A stretch of DNA of 64,000 bases from Octopus vulgaris (Eukaryota), in NCBI GenBank assembly GCA_951406725.2, contig OX597816.1:158720001-158784000 (forward strand). The letters run 5' to 3'. The notes beneath the pieces were generated by a model. The model saw only the letters and a list, made by a program, of their open reading frames with translations. It was not told the DNA's origin and did no database searches. Each line of letters opens with the position of its first letter. Within the stretch, counting starts at the first letter, position 1. Both the position numbers and the translations under genes were made by a program. Below, piece after piece: positions 24,473-36,461 of this stretch.

Positions 24473-25378
24473 GTTTGATCAATAAATATCCAGATTGTTG
24501 CCATAGTAAAGAAGCTAAAGCATGCAGAGTGAAACTGCTTGGCAAAGATTGACATTGAATTCTGCTGTACATGTGCACGAAATTTTTACATTCTAGCTTG
24601 CTTCTGCTGTTTATAGAAGTGCTTGGAAGTAAGGAGTGTAACATATGATATCTTTAGCATCTCCACCATGATTCTGGATGGACCAGGAACTTTCTCAGCT
24701 TACATGTTTTTAATTGCCTTATCTACCATACTGCTATCCACTAAGATAGCTGATCCCTCTGTTGGGTTCACATGAGGGAGACTTCTTTGTCCCATTCATT
24801 CTCTACATACAACAGTCTCACATAGTAACTTTTCCATGCCTCTCTCTTGTCCACATGTACAAGAATACTATTATCCATCCACACACTTGTCTCCTACACA
24901 CACAGTGTGTATGTGTGTGTGTTATGATATAAACCTTGCTTAGCTTCCCTTCCTCCCCCATCCTTAAAATCTTCCATGGTTAAATAATTTTCATCAATAA
25001 TTTTGAATTGTTTTCTTTCAGTTATAAAACCAAATGAAAACAACAAAACAATATGGCTGCACAAAGCATTGGGACCATATTGAAAATGAGATGATACAAT
25101 ACCAACCCACACATTATGCACCAAAACTAAAATTTATAATGGAAAACATAAAATTTGTAGAACATACAAGCATGCATACATGCATATATACATGCAAAAA
25201 ATATCCATCCTATCAAATAATTTTAGATTATTTCCTTTTTCTTGTGAAGCCAACCAAAGAAACATGGCTACTTTAAGCCAATCGTTGTAATACATAACAG
25301 AAATTGAAACAGAAAACAAATGAAATAATTGGGGTTTTGTGGTATTCATGCAATTTTTAAAATAATATTGAAGAAAGA

Positions 25379-25768
25379 TGTAGGAGTGGCTGTGTGGTAA
25401 GTAGCTTGTTTACCAACCACATGGTTCCGGGTTCAGTCCCACAGCGTGGCACCTTGGGCAAGTGTCTTCTACTATAGCCTCGGGCTGACCAAAGCCTTGT
25501 GAGTGGATTTGGTAGACGGAAACTGAAAAAAGCCCGTCGTATATATGTATATATATATATATGTGTGTGTGTTTGTCCCCCTAGCATTGTTTGACAACCG
25601 ATGCTGGTGTGTTTATGTTCCCGTTACTTAGCGGTTCGGCAAAATAGACCGATTGAATAAGTACTGGGCTTACAAAAGAATAAGTCCCGGGGTTGAGTTG
25701 CTCGATTAAAGGCAGTGCTCCAGCATGGCTGCAGTCAAATGACTGAAACAAGTAAAAGAGTAAAGAGC
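25379..25768 (+). mobile_element. SINE family A, full length
   Basis: Colinear with 22116-22529. Confidence 0.9.
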
Positions 25769-26008
25769 AAATAAGAGAAATACTTCTATGCAAGAAATAT
25801 TTACCACCCTATTAATAAGGGTTTCAAATTTTGGCACAATGCCAATAACTTTAGTTGGAGGGGTGGGATTGATTACACTGACCCCAACGCTTGACTGGTA
25901 CTCATTTTATCAACCCCAAAGGGAAGAAAGATAAAGCTAACTTTGATGAGTTTTAAACTTGGAATGTAAATAGCTAGAAGAAATGAAACAAAGCATTTTG
26001 TCCACCAA

Positions 26009-26361
26009 GACAATGCTCCAGTATACAAGTCCTTGGTTTCAATGATTGCTGTGCGTGACTGTGGCTTTGAACTGGTTGAACACCCCCCTCCCCTATTCTC
26101 TTAATTTGGCTTCATCTGACTATCATCTGTTCCCAAACGTGAAAAAACACTTGACTGGTATGATGACATCATATCTGCTGCTGATGACATTTTTTGACCA
26201 ACAGGATGAGAGCGTCTTCACCAATGGGATGTAAGCACTGCAACACTGATGGAAGAAGTGTGTGGATTGCAAAGGGAATTATGATGAAAAATAAACCTCA
26301 TTTGGTCACATTCTATGAGAGTATCTTGGTTAGCCTATAAACTTTTCAGTCAGCCCTCATA
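26009..26361 (+). mobile_element. Mariner transposase 3' fragment and right end
   Basis: DNAPVYKS...AVRDCGFELVEHP.PYSLNLASSDYHLFPNVKKHL (HPPYSPDLAPSD motif, frameshifted). Ends cagccctcata. Confidence 0.8.
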
Positions 26362-26724
26362 CTAATCATCCTGTGAGCTTGACACCACTCACTGATGGAT
26401 CATACTTAACATTCCTCTCCAGTTTCTAAAATGCTTTATTTAGTGCCATCTTCGAATTACCAAAGTCCTAAATTTCCAGGCAGTAGGTTCTACAATAAAA
26501 ATTTCGAAGTCATTTCACACTTGCATGACACATAACACCAAGCCACCATTCAATTTGAAACTGGTGTATGGTTAAGAAGCTCACTTTTCAAGCATGTAGT
26601 CTCAGGTTCCGTACCACTGCATGGTACCTTGGGAATGTACTCTCTACTATAACCCTGTGCCTACCAATAACTTGTGAGTGAATATAGTAGATGGAAACTG
26701 TATGGAAGCCTGTCATATATATAT

Positions 26725-26756
<32 letters not shown>

Positions 26757-26762
<6 letters not shown>

Positions 26763-26972
26763 ATCCAAACATGAAAACACAAAGAGAAAACACAACAACA
26801 CAAGGACGTGGAACAAATATAGTATTATTGGATGCTCAGGAAGGAACGGAAGGAGGAGGGTTTAACGTTTCAAGCAGAGCTCTTCGTCAGAAACATAGGA
26901 AAAGGAAAGATCCAGAGAAGGAAAGACGGAGGGGAAAAAAAATCACCAACGGTACACACACGGTCACATTTT
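26757..26972 (-). mobile_element. Penelope-like terminal fragment with hammerhead-like motif (26860-26894)
   Basis: Minus strand reads GTTT-CTGACGA-A-GAGC-TCT-GCTT-GAAA-CG-TT-AAAC. Inserted at a (TA)n tract. PLE assignment is inferred from the motif type. Confidence 0.6.
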
Positions 26973-26990
26973 GCATGCATGCATGCATAT

Positions 26991-27045
<55 letters not shown>

Positions 27046-28084
27046 AATAAAATCAAAATAAGCAACAAGGATGTCCAGAGGTAATGCTTATTTGGATCTT
27101 AATCACCTTATTTTGAAATTGTATGTATAATACTATACTAAATTCTGGTGCCTCAACTTAAATACCTAATTCATCTGAATCTAAATTTTTGCTATATATA
27201 TATATAAAGGTTGATGATCCCATATTCCTAAAAAGCACTGGTGAAGGCGACACAAAAAAAAGCACCCATACACTTTGTAAAGTTGTTGGTATTTGAAGGG
27301 TATACACCGAAAAAAACTAAGCCAATGTCAGGTGATATAAAAGCCATGGATGTTTTCGAGTGCCATTGACTGGTTAGGCAGAAATTGTGGCTAGCTGGGC
27401 AAAATTGGCACTCTGCTACAATCTTTTGCAGTAGTTGTAAACTTACTCATCTCAGGATCTCCCTTTTTGTGGCACGATCCTACCATTTGATCTTCAGGAT
27501 CTTTGTGAAGCATCTTTGATAGAATACATTCAGTTTTCTATCCACCCTTACTGTGTTCTTCCAAGTCGCATTGGCAAAGATTGAGTATATATGTATATAC
27601 ACACATATATATATATATATGTGTGTGTGGATTTGTGTCTTTATATTTGTCCCCTCAACCCTGGTTGACAACTGGTAACTTAGTGGTTTGGTAAAAAATG
27701 CTGATAGAATAAGTACCAGATTTAAAAATAAGTATTGGAGTCAATTTCATTGACTAAACCCTGCAAGACAATGCTCCAGCATGGCTGCAGTTCAATAACT
27801 GGTAAAAGATAAATTATTCAATAGAAAGGAGGAAAAGGAGGGAAGTTTAGTTAGAAAATAAGGCTTACTTGAACAGAGTTGACCAAATTTTACTTAACAC
27901 AGGAAATAACACAGTAAATCAGTTTATTTAATGGAGCTGTGGAAGCCTGTCATATGGATGCCCTTTCTAACACCAACCACTTTACAGAGTGTACTGGGTG
28001 CTTTTTTTTATGTGGTACCTTCACCAGTGCTTTTTAGGAACATGGAACCATCAACCTATGTATATATAAATATATAATAAATAA

Positions 28085-28321
28085 ATGCGCCCTTTTAAAG
28101 CCTAGCCAGGCTCATGGGCCTGGTTTCACTGGCGTATGTGTTCCCCAGCTGGACGGGACGCCAGTCCATCGCAACGTTACTCATTTTGCCAGCTAAGTGG
28201 ACTGGAGCAACGTGAAATGAAGTGCTTTGCTCAAGAACACAACGCGTCGGCCGGTCCAGGAATCAAAACCATAATCTTACGATCATGATGCAGACACCCT
28301 AACCACTAAGTCACGTGTCTC

Positions 28322-28325
<4 letters not shown>
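28085..28325 (-). mobile_element. tRNA-derived SINE, full length
   Basis: Minus strand: cttagtggttagggtg..tttgattcctgg head, ttgagcaaagcacttcatttcac, gcgatggactggcgtcccgtccag. Confidence 0.8.
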
Positions 28326-28352
<27 letters not shown>

Positions 28353-28410
28353 CATCAATATATCATCATCATCATCATCATTTAACGTCCGCTTTCCATG
28401 CTAGCATGGG

Positions 28411-28445
<35 letters not shown>

Positions 28446-28533
28446 CAGGCTTCCACTGTTGCCCATCAATAAACTTCTGAACTAGTAACTGCCATGAAAA
28501 GAGACAAGGGAAAAAAAAATTGCATAAACTTAC

Positions 28534-28592
28534 CCGTTCAGGTTTAAGCCATGTTTCACAATTTGGGTTGTCACAAGACATTTTCAAACCAT
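28534..28592 (-). CDS. Candidate alternative upstream exon of the PLEKHG5-like gene
   Basis: Strong acceptor ctcttgttattttcag|AT and consensus donor GAACGG|gtaagt in non-repeat sequence. 59 bp, reading GLKMSCDNPNCETWLKPER and ending in phase 0. Linkage to the gene is inferred. Confidence 0.55.
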
Positions 28593-28672
28593 CTGAAAAT
28601 AACAAGAGTTTTGTTCCATTAGGAGTCCTCATTTAATGGAGTTTTATTTAATGTCATTTCATTATATAGCTG

Positions 28673-29120
28673 ATCATCGTCATCACCATCATCATTTAAT
28701 ATCCATTGTCCATGCTGGCATGGGTTGGACGATTTGACCAGGGCTGGCAAGCTGGAAGGCTGCACCAGACCCCAGTCTGATTTGGCATGGTTTCTACAGC
28801 TGGATGCCCTTTCTAACGCCAACCACTTCACAGGTGTTACATGCCACTAGCACGGGTGCCATTTGCATGACACCAGTATCTGCCACAACTGCAATTTTAC
28901 TTGGCTTGATGGGTCTTTTTCTGAGACACAACATAATGCCAAAGGTCTCAGTCATTGCCTCTGTGAGGCCCAACGCTCGAAAGGAGCTTTTTATGTGCCA
29001 CCAGAATCAGCCACTTTGCTACTGTGAGGCCCAATGCTTGAAAGGTGCTTTTTACATGCCAGTTACATGACACCTTCATCAACCATGACTATGATTTCAC
29101 TTGGCTTGATGGGTCTTCTG
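28673..29120 (-). mobile_element. RTE-type LINE 3' end
   Basis: Reverse complement of the (GAT)n-tailed family, including the EAMTET...RKRP-like ORF end. Confidence 0.7.
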
Positions 29121-29667
29121 AAGCAGTGAAAGATAAAAGATAAAAACTAAATACTGTAAAATCAAAATTTGCAAAGTACACCCCACAAACTGATTCTTTT
29201 TATTTCTTTCTTTTCTAACTTGGTGCATTTTTGATTAAGTAAAAAATTGAATAAATAATGATAGCTATAACTAGTCACTGAATTATTTTTTATTTCATAA
29301 ATGTCATCCAAGATATAATCTTTATGTTTATCATGTACTTGATAGAGATCTAACTTTTCAGGTTTTGCAATACTTTGAAATATAAAACAAACAATGAAAA
29401 CTAAAGCATGATAATGTATTTAAAAGATACCGATCAATATACTTCTACAGCAGGGTCTGTTTGATCTTAAATGCACTGAGCCTAAAATGCTTTAATTTTG
29501 ATTTTCCAGTAACTCATTTAATACCTTTCGACAAGGTTTTAAATGAAAATTATAATAAACTGGGACACATCAAATGGAGAGAGGTGAGTGTATAAATTAA
29601 AAATGGTGTGTATAAATTAAAAATAGGCAGCAAAATAGTAAAACGTTGGCCAAATTAAAAAACAAGC

Positions 29668-29838
29668 CATCATCATCATCATCACCACCACCACCACTGC
29701 CACCACCTTCATCATCAGCATCATCATCACCACTACCATTACCATCATCAGCAACATCGTCATCATCACCATCATCATCACCACCACCACCACCACCACC
29801 ACCACACTACCACCATCATCACTACCATTATCATTATT
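29668..29838. repeat. (CAT/CAC)n microsatellite, expanded LINE tail
   Basis: catcatcaccaccacc runs adjoining a minus-strand RTE 3' end. Confidence 0.9.
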
Positions 29839-31226
29839 CAAAGTGCATGCCATGCTGGCATGGGTCGGACAGTTCAACAGAATCCAGTGGGTCTAAAAAC
29901 TGCATTGTGCTCCAGCATCTGCTTTGGTATGGTTTCTACAGCTGGATGCCCTTCCTAATACCAACCACATTACAGCAAGTACCAAGTGCTTTTATTCATG
30001 GCATCATTGCTTGTGAGGTCACCATGCAGACAGCAAAACTAAAATCTCCTGAAACAGGCTACAGCAGAGAGGGAGGCAGTTTAATGCGATGAGATGAGGG
30101 TTTAAAGTGAGAGAGAAGGGGACAGGTTTGTTACTGCAGAGGGGCTACATGCCTATCTGCCAGGCACATACCATCAGTAATTACTTGGGGTAGGCAGTTG
30201 GTGACATTTATGTAGTAAAACACACAAAAAATAAGTGGAACAGCCATGTGACTGAGTTGAAGGTAGATTTACTTCGGCCTTTATAGCACATAAAGAAAAC
30301 AGTATTGTAGAAATGTATGCAGCACGTATACCACAACAGTACTATGGATAGATTAAATACTGAGATTGAAAGGCAGGGGTTAATTATGCTACAAAAAAGT
30401 AAAATATTTTGCATTTTATGTATAGTAATCAGAGTAACCTTCATAATTTTATTGAATTAGATCCATATTTTGCCATTAAAGGAAAATGTGGCTATTGATC
30501 TATTTTATTCAAGATAAGCACTGCCTACTTTGCCTAGCTAGGTGGCATGTCCCTGTTATTCACATAATAAAAGAAAAGGTGGAAGGAGACATTGGAACTG
30601 GGGAGAGATAAAAGTAGTGGTGATGAGGTGTCAGGAGGGACTTTCAAGATATGAGATAAGTGGAAGTAAGTGGAGACAGGAGAACAGGAAATATTGATTG
30701 GTAGAGGTTGATTGGTTAGAGATAGGGAATGAGTGAGAGGATGAATATTATGAACAAATATAGGGAAAGTAGAGTTGAGGAGTTAGCAATAATACATGTG
30801 ATGTGGGAGGTAGGGGGTAGAAAACACTCTTTACAATATTTGCTTTGTAAATATTACTTGATCTATTCCACTTGTAATTGTGACTAAATGTACTCTACAC
30901 TACTATTGTCTGTGTGCACCAAAACCAAAACAGCAAAAGTTGCGCCATCAGAAACTAAATTCAAAATGTTAAACAGATTTGATGATAGATAGCAAGGTGT
31001 AAGGTACCTAAAGGATTCTCAATCAGCAACAGCATGAACAATTTACAATAATGCAAAAAAAAAAAAGTTTATGCTCAAAGTATATCTTTAGCTGCTAGAA
31101 AATTAATTAAAGAACTGAACCAACATAATGGAAGGTATGAAAAGACTTTAAAGAATATGGATATACATATCATTCATCAACATAAGTCTACATGTTTATT
31201 AAATGTTATACAAATTAAAGCTTTAA

Positions 31227-31443
31227 CCCTTTCGTTACCAACCCAGCTGAAACCAGCTCTGGCTTTGAATACAAATGTCTTGTTTTCATAAGTTTTGAAA
31301 TAAAATCTTCCACCAAACCTTAGTCACAATTTATATTCCTAACACTAGCTGAATGATAAAGTTATTTTATTAAATTCTTTGTTATATTTAAAGTAATTGG
31401 AATGAACACAGAGCATCTCAACAGAAACACAGTAACAAAAGGG
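31227..31443 (+). mobile_element. piggyBac-type MITE
   Basis: TTAA target duplication (31223-31226, 31444-31447) and TIRs CCCTTTCGTTAC / GTAACAAAAGGG. A second copy lies at 61264. Confidence 0.85.
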
Positions 31444-31689
31444 TTAAATATATTTGATGATCTACAAGAAACAGGGTTCCAATGCTAAGAGAGAAAATTT
31501 TGTAGCAAGTCATGGTCAGTTTGATTTGTTTAAAATTACCTCACATCCAGATTGTTATTCGGATGTGGTACAATTTATCTGGAGAATTTATGAGCACCAA
31601 CAATGAAGTTACAGCTGTTTTTCTAGCTTTATGAGAAATATAAGTGAAGGAGGATACAAAACACTTGTTTAGCTTCAGATCCTCTTCTG

Positions 31690-32150
31690 CTACTCAATGC
31701 ATTGAGCAGCAAGTTTCTGCCACCAGGTTCAATCGTATGTTAATCTTGCACATCCATTCCATCTCATGTTGGCTGTTTTCAGGCTATTTTGAAATGTCCA
31801 CTGCCAAGAGATCTTCAGTCTTCCCCTTTCATGCTTGCAATCAGGTGATGCCCAAGTTATGACTGCTTCCAAGTGCCACTGACTGATCAGCTAGACAGAA
31901 TGTGGTCAGCCAGGCAGAATCAGTACTCTGTTACAAACTATTGCAGTGGTTGTGACCTTTTGCTTTTCGGAATCTCTTCATTAGTGACACAGCCCCCACC
32001 AGCTGACCCTGAGAATCTTTCTGAGATACCTTTCATGGAATACATTTAGTTTTCTATTTTTCCTTATTGTGCTCTTCTATAAATTGCAGTAAGCAGAATG
32101 ATGAATACACAGCATAGAATTTTTTTTAATGTAGACAGGCTTGTTTTGGA
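31690..32150 (-). mobile_element. Degenerate RTE-clade LINE fragment
   Basis: Minus strand gives ...SPDCKHERGRLKISWQWTF, like the RTE GKRxRGRPKxTW motif. Confidence 0.5.
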
Positions 32151-32377
32151 AATGAAATCCACAATGAACTTACATTTCTGAGGAATTTCAAGGCTGCCAA
32201 AGCCTGTGTGATTCTTTTACTTAGAGGTAATGCTTCAGGAAACTTAAAGCTGAAGCCATTTGGTTGCTTTTCAGCCTTGAAGCAATAATAGCTTTGAAAG
32301 GATTCTCCAAGTCTCATCATTCTGTTACATAAACCAGGGAAATCCAATTTATGATGCGTCTTTAAGCAACTGATATA

Positions 32378-32726
32378 TGTTTTGCGAACAACTTGCACAT
32401 GCAAGTGCTACCAGTCAAAAGCTCCGCATACCGAAAGTCAGCAAGTGTTTAGGGTCATCAGGAGAGAATGCATACCGTTTCAGGAGCTTACCTTTCAATG
32501 GCATCATTGTGCAATGGCCCTCGCCTCACTGATATGAGGTCTTGCTTGCTACAGCAACTGGTTATCAAATAAAGCTCAATATTCTTCTAGCCATCGCTCA
32601 TCATCTCTTTTAAACCAAATCCAGTGGCTAGCATTTTCCACTGTAGTTTGGATATCGTTCATGTTGGTATTTACTTTATGATGAGTTAGGCCTAACGATA
32701 ACAGTCGTCTCACACTGTGTCCAACA
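32378..32726. repeat. ~350-bp interspersed repeat, copy 1 (LTR-like)
   Basis: Clear colinear similarity with 34976-35325. TG...CA ends and an internal AATAAA. The LTR class is uncertain. Confidence 0.7.
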
Positions 32727-32974
32727 AATCCTCATGTTCTAGCTGAATACCCAATCACATTCATCTCACTCATCTGGGAATGGGATGCAGGTCATTGAGT
32801 GCTGTCTCTTTTTTTCTAATGAAATGATTGCCTTTAAATTTTGGTACAAGGACAACAATTCTGAGGGGAGGGGTAAATCAATTGCTTTGAACCCAGTGCT
32901 CAAATGGTACTTATCTTATTTCACCCTGAAAGGATGACAGCTTAAAGTTAAATTCAGCAGTATTTGTAAAGGAA

Positions 32975-33475
32975 TTTTGATGATGATGAAAGGAAGGGTC
33001 TATAGGAGTTACATGAGAGCTGCAATGCTGTATGAGAGTGAGACATGGTGTCTGAGGGAGAGAGAGATGGAAATTTTGAGAAGGACCAAGAGAGCAATGG
33101 TGAGAGAAATGTGTGGTGTGAAGCTGTTTGATAAGAAGAGGACTGAGGACTTGAGGGGGATGCTGGGGTTGGAGGAGTCAGTGGAATAACTGGCAAGAGT
33201 GAATGGAGTGTGGTGGTAGGGGCATGTGTTGAGGAGGGATGAGGAGCATGTTCCGAGGAGGGTGCTTGAGTTTGAGGTAAATGGACCGAGAAAGCAAGGT
33301 AGACCAAGGAAAACGTGGAGGGGGAGATTGGGAAGGTTGACATGAGAAGGGAGGATGCCCAAAACAGAGCAAGATGGCGAGATGGTGTGAGGGCAGTTGC
33401 TATGGCATTGAGGTAGATCTGACCACCTCCGTTATTGGGGACAAAACCCGGATTTAAAACACTGGATGACTGATG
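32975..33475 (+). mobile_element. RTE-clade LINE 3' fragment (third family)
   Basis: MKGRVYRSYMRAAMLYESETWCLREREMEILRRTKRAMVREMCGVKL...GHVLRRDEEHVPRRVLEFEVNGPRKQGRPRKTW, with stops. Confidence 0.88.
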
Positions 33476-34888
33476 ACTAGCTATATCACAAATGCTAGTG
33501 GAAAGATGAGAGCAACAGGATAAGAGAAAACAACCACAAAGTATTTTACGTGGAGTAAAATCTACCCAAGCTATATCGCAGACATCTTGAGTAATGGAGA
33601 GCCAATATATAATATTAATCAGATTGTTGAGATGGCACATCTCAACAATCTCCTGATTTAACTTTTTTATAACAGAAAGCAGGTATATCCGCTAAAAATT
33701 TCATTACTCTTAATTGTAGAAGGTTGTTTTATATACCAATCTATCTTTTGTTAAGGAATGTCATACTTTAGAACTATTTTGTCAGGTTTATTGAAGCAAT
33801 GTGACTTGCAAAACATACCAATTCTATTTTTTGGTAGATATTTAACATCATAACTGGGATGACCATGAAATTTAATTTTATAATTAAAGGGTTAATTAAA
33901 TAAATTAGGATGTAGTGACATTACTTGAATTAAATGGTAGGAAGAACATAAATAGATGTAGTTTTTTACTATTATTATTATTATTATTATTATTAATAAT
34001 AATAATAATAATAATAAACAGAAGTTATAGAGTGACTCAAGAATTGAAAGTTTCATGCATTCATGGAGATGGAACAGCATGATGCTGAAGAAGATAAAAG
34101 CAAGGTTGGGGAACCATTTCAAATTTTAATAACAAGTTACAGCTATTTCACCAAAGATCTGAGAGAGGGGGGAGGAGAGGAGATAGGGAGAGAAGAAAGA
34201 GAGAGGAAAGAGAGGGGAGAAAGAGGAAAGAGAAAGATTCTCAAAAAAAAAAAAAAGTTAATAATAAGGATACAAATGCTACAAGAAATTATATGAACAA
34301 AAAAAACAATAATATAGAACATCAAACGCTGGACATGTTCTTTAAGTAAATAATCATCTTATTGATTTTTATTAATATATCTTAAATATATTTATAGCAT
34401 ACACATGTATTTCTATGTTTAATATTAGAAGTGTTTTGAGTCTTTATTAAGAAGTTTATTTATATTTTTGTGACTAGAAATATACTGTAGGTGGGCAAAT
34501 TGTGTTTATATCATTGTATCATTGAACCTATGGTAAAATTGGATTTGCTTTACATCACACTTCTCAAGAACCAATCAGCTACTGACTGTACAGTGTTTAT
34601 TTTATTGAGGAAAGAGGGGTGGGTGTGTGATATATAGCAGAGGAAGAAAGAGAGAAAGAAATTAAAGAGAAGGTATGGGAAGAAAGGAAGGACATAGATA
34701 TATGTATATTAGACTACATACATACCTACTTACACATACACACTTATACAAATACAAATATACACATAGAAATATACATACATTCAAACATATACACAAT
34801 TAACATAAGATAAAGCTGTAGCAAGTGAACACCAAATATATAATGCGTGTTTTTATTGGCTAGACTGGCAACATGACCGTCCCCAAAT

Positions 34889-34958
<70 letters not shown>

Positions 34959-34975
34959 GCAATTATGCAAATATA

Positions 34976-35325
34976 TGTCTTGCAAACAACTTGCACATGC
35001 AAGTGCTACCAGTCAAAAACTCAGCATACCAGAAGCCAGCAAGTGTATGGGGTCATCAGGAGAGAATGCGTGCCATTTTGGGGCCTACCTCTTGACGGCA
35101 TCAATGCGCACTGGACCCCCCTCACTGATATGAAGCCCCGCTTGCTAGATCAACTAGTTATCAAATAAAGCTTGATATTCTTCTAGCCATTGCTCATCGT
35201 CTCTTTTTAACCAAATCCAGTGGCTAGCCTTCTCCACTGTAGTTTGGATATCGGTCATGGTGGTATTGACTTTACGATGAGTTAGGCCTAACGATAACAA
35301 TAGTCATCTCACACTGTGTCCAACA
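34976..35325. repeat. ~350-bp interspersed repeat, copy 2 (LTR-like)
   Basis: Direct copy of 32378-32726. Confidence 0.7.
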
Positions 35326-35939
35326 AACCCTCTACATCCAACATCGATTGGAAAATGCTCTGCTTTCTAGCCTGCGTCTTCACATTCCTCAAGGAGGTTT
35401 ACATAACGGTCAATCAAATTAGATATATTAAATATAATAGTTTGGGTATGAAATACCAAATATGTTTATATGCAAATCAAGAGAAAACAAAAAGTGGAGA
35501 CTCAGATACTGAATGTATAAGTATAATATATATTTATATTGATAGATGCAACATACACAGAGTACAAATAACAGAGAAAATTGAGGGAGGCTGGGTGATC
35601 CATCATAATGTTGGCAGATGCAGTTCATCACAATATGCAGCCATAATGGAAGTAATCAACATTGGATAAATAGAGCCTCCATCATCAGGGTAGAAAAGAT
35701 CATACATTTCCAATCATAATGCAAAGAAGTTCAAAGGGGTGGAATGATTAAATGTGGAGAGCTAGCTGTATAAGAGGGAAGAAGTAGAAGGGTTGGTGGG
35801 GTTATGGAAAGTGTTAACACAAGGAATGGTAAGAGGAGATAAGAGAGCTAGTTCTTCCTGAATATTTTTTTTCTTTTTCTAAAGCATTCGCTCATTACAA
35901 GGTCCTTAGAATAAAATGGACTCTAGACAGAAGTCAACA

Positions 35940-36180
35940 GGTGACAATGAATTAGACTTAAAAGACTGGAGGTCACATTGAAGAGGAAAACAAGACTGTG
36001 GAAGGGAATTCCAAAGTTCAAAGGTGCGAAGGAAGAAACTGGTACTGTAAAGTGCTTTACGACTTTTAGGAGGTTGCACAGTATATTGATGAGAACTGGA
36101 TGCAAGTCTAGTTGATCACTGATAAGTTCTTAAAGGAAAAAACAGAGAAGAGAGCTCAGCTGGACAATGTCCATGATAAT
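35940..36180 (-). mobile_element. CR1 (Zenon-like) LINE 3' fragment
   Basis: HGHCPAELSS...STRLASSSHQYTVQPPKSRKALYSTSFFLRTFELWNSLPQSCFPLQCDLQSFKS. Confidence 0.8.
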
Positions 36181-36240
36181 TTCGTTTTGAGATTTGGTTT
36201 GCAAGATTCTTTATATGAGTTTGTGTGTTGAAGCATATTC

Positions 36241-36461
36241 TGTTGTGTCTGGGGAGAGTCATTTTCTTTTTGTGTCTTATAATGTAACACACTCACTGGT
36301 AAAATTTCCACTTATTTCTTATTTTTATTTTCCTATTGAAAAGGTTGCAAGACGCAACGAAAATTTTAGGAAAATAAAAATAAGAAATAAGTGGAAATTT
36401 TACCGGTGAGTGTGTTACATTATAAGACACAAAAAGAAAATGACTCTTCCCAGAAACAACA
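36241..36461. repeat. Near-perfect foldback with a hammerhead-like apex
   Basis: Arms ~36241-36335 and ~36367-36461 are reverse complements with few mismatches. The apex 36332-36370 folds as a minimal hammerhead on the + strand. Confidence 0.85.

Noticed and set aside
29617-30092. Poly-Ser/Pro/His ORFs
   Set aside because: Trinucleotide microsatellite plus a LINE tail.
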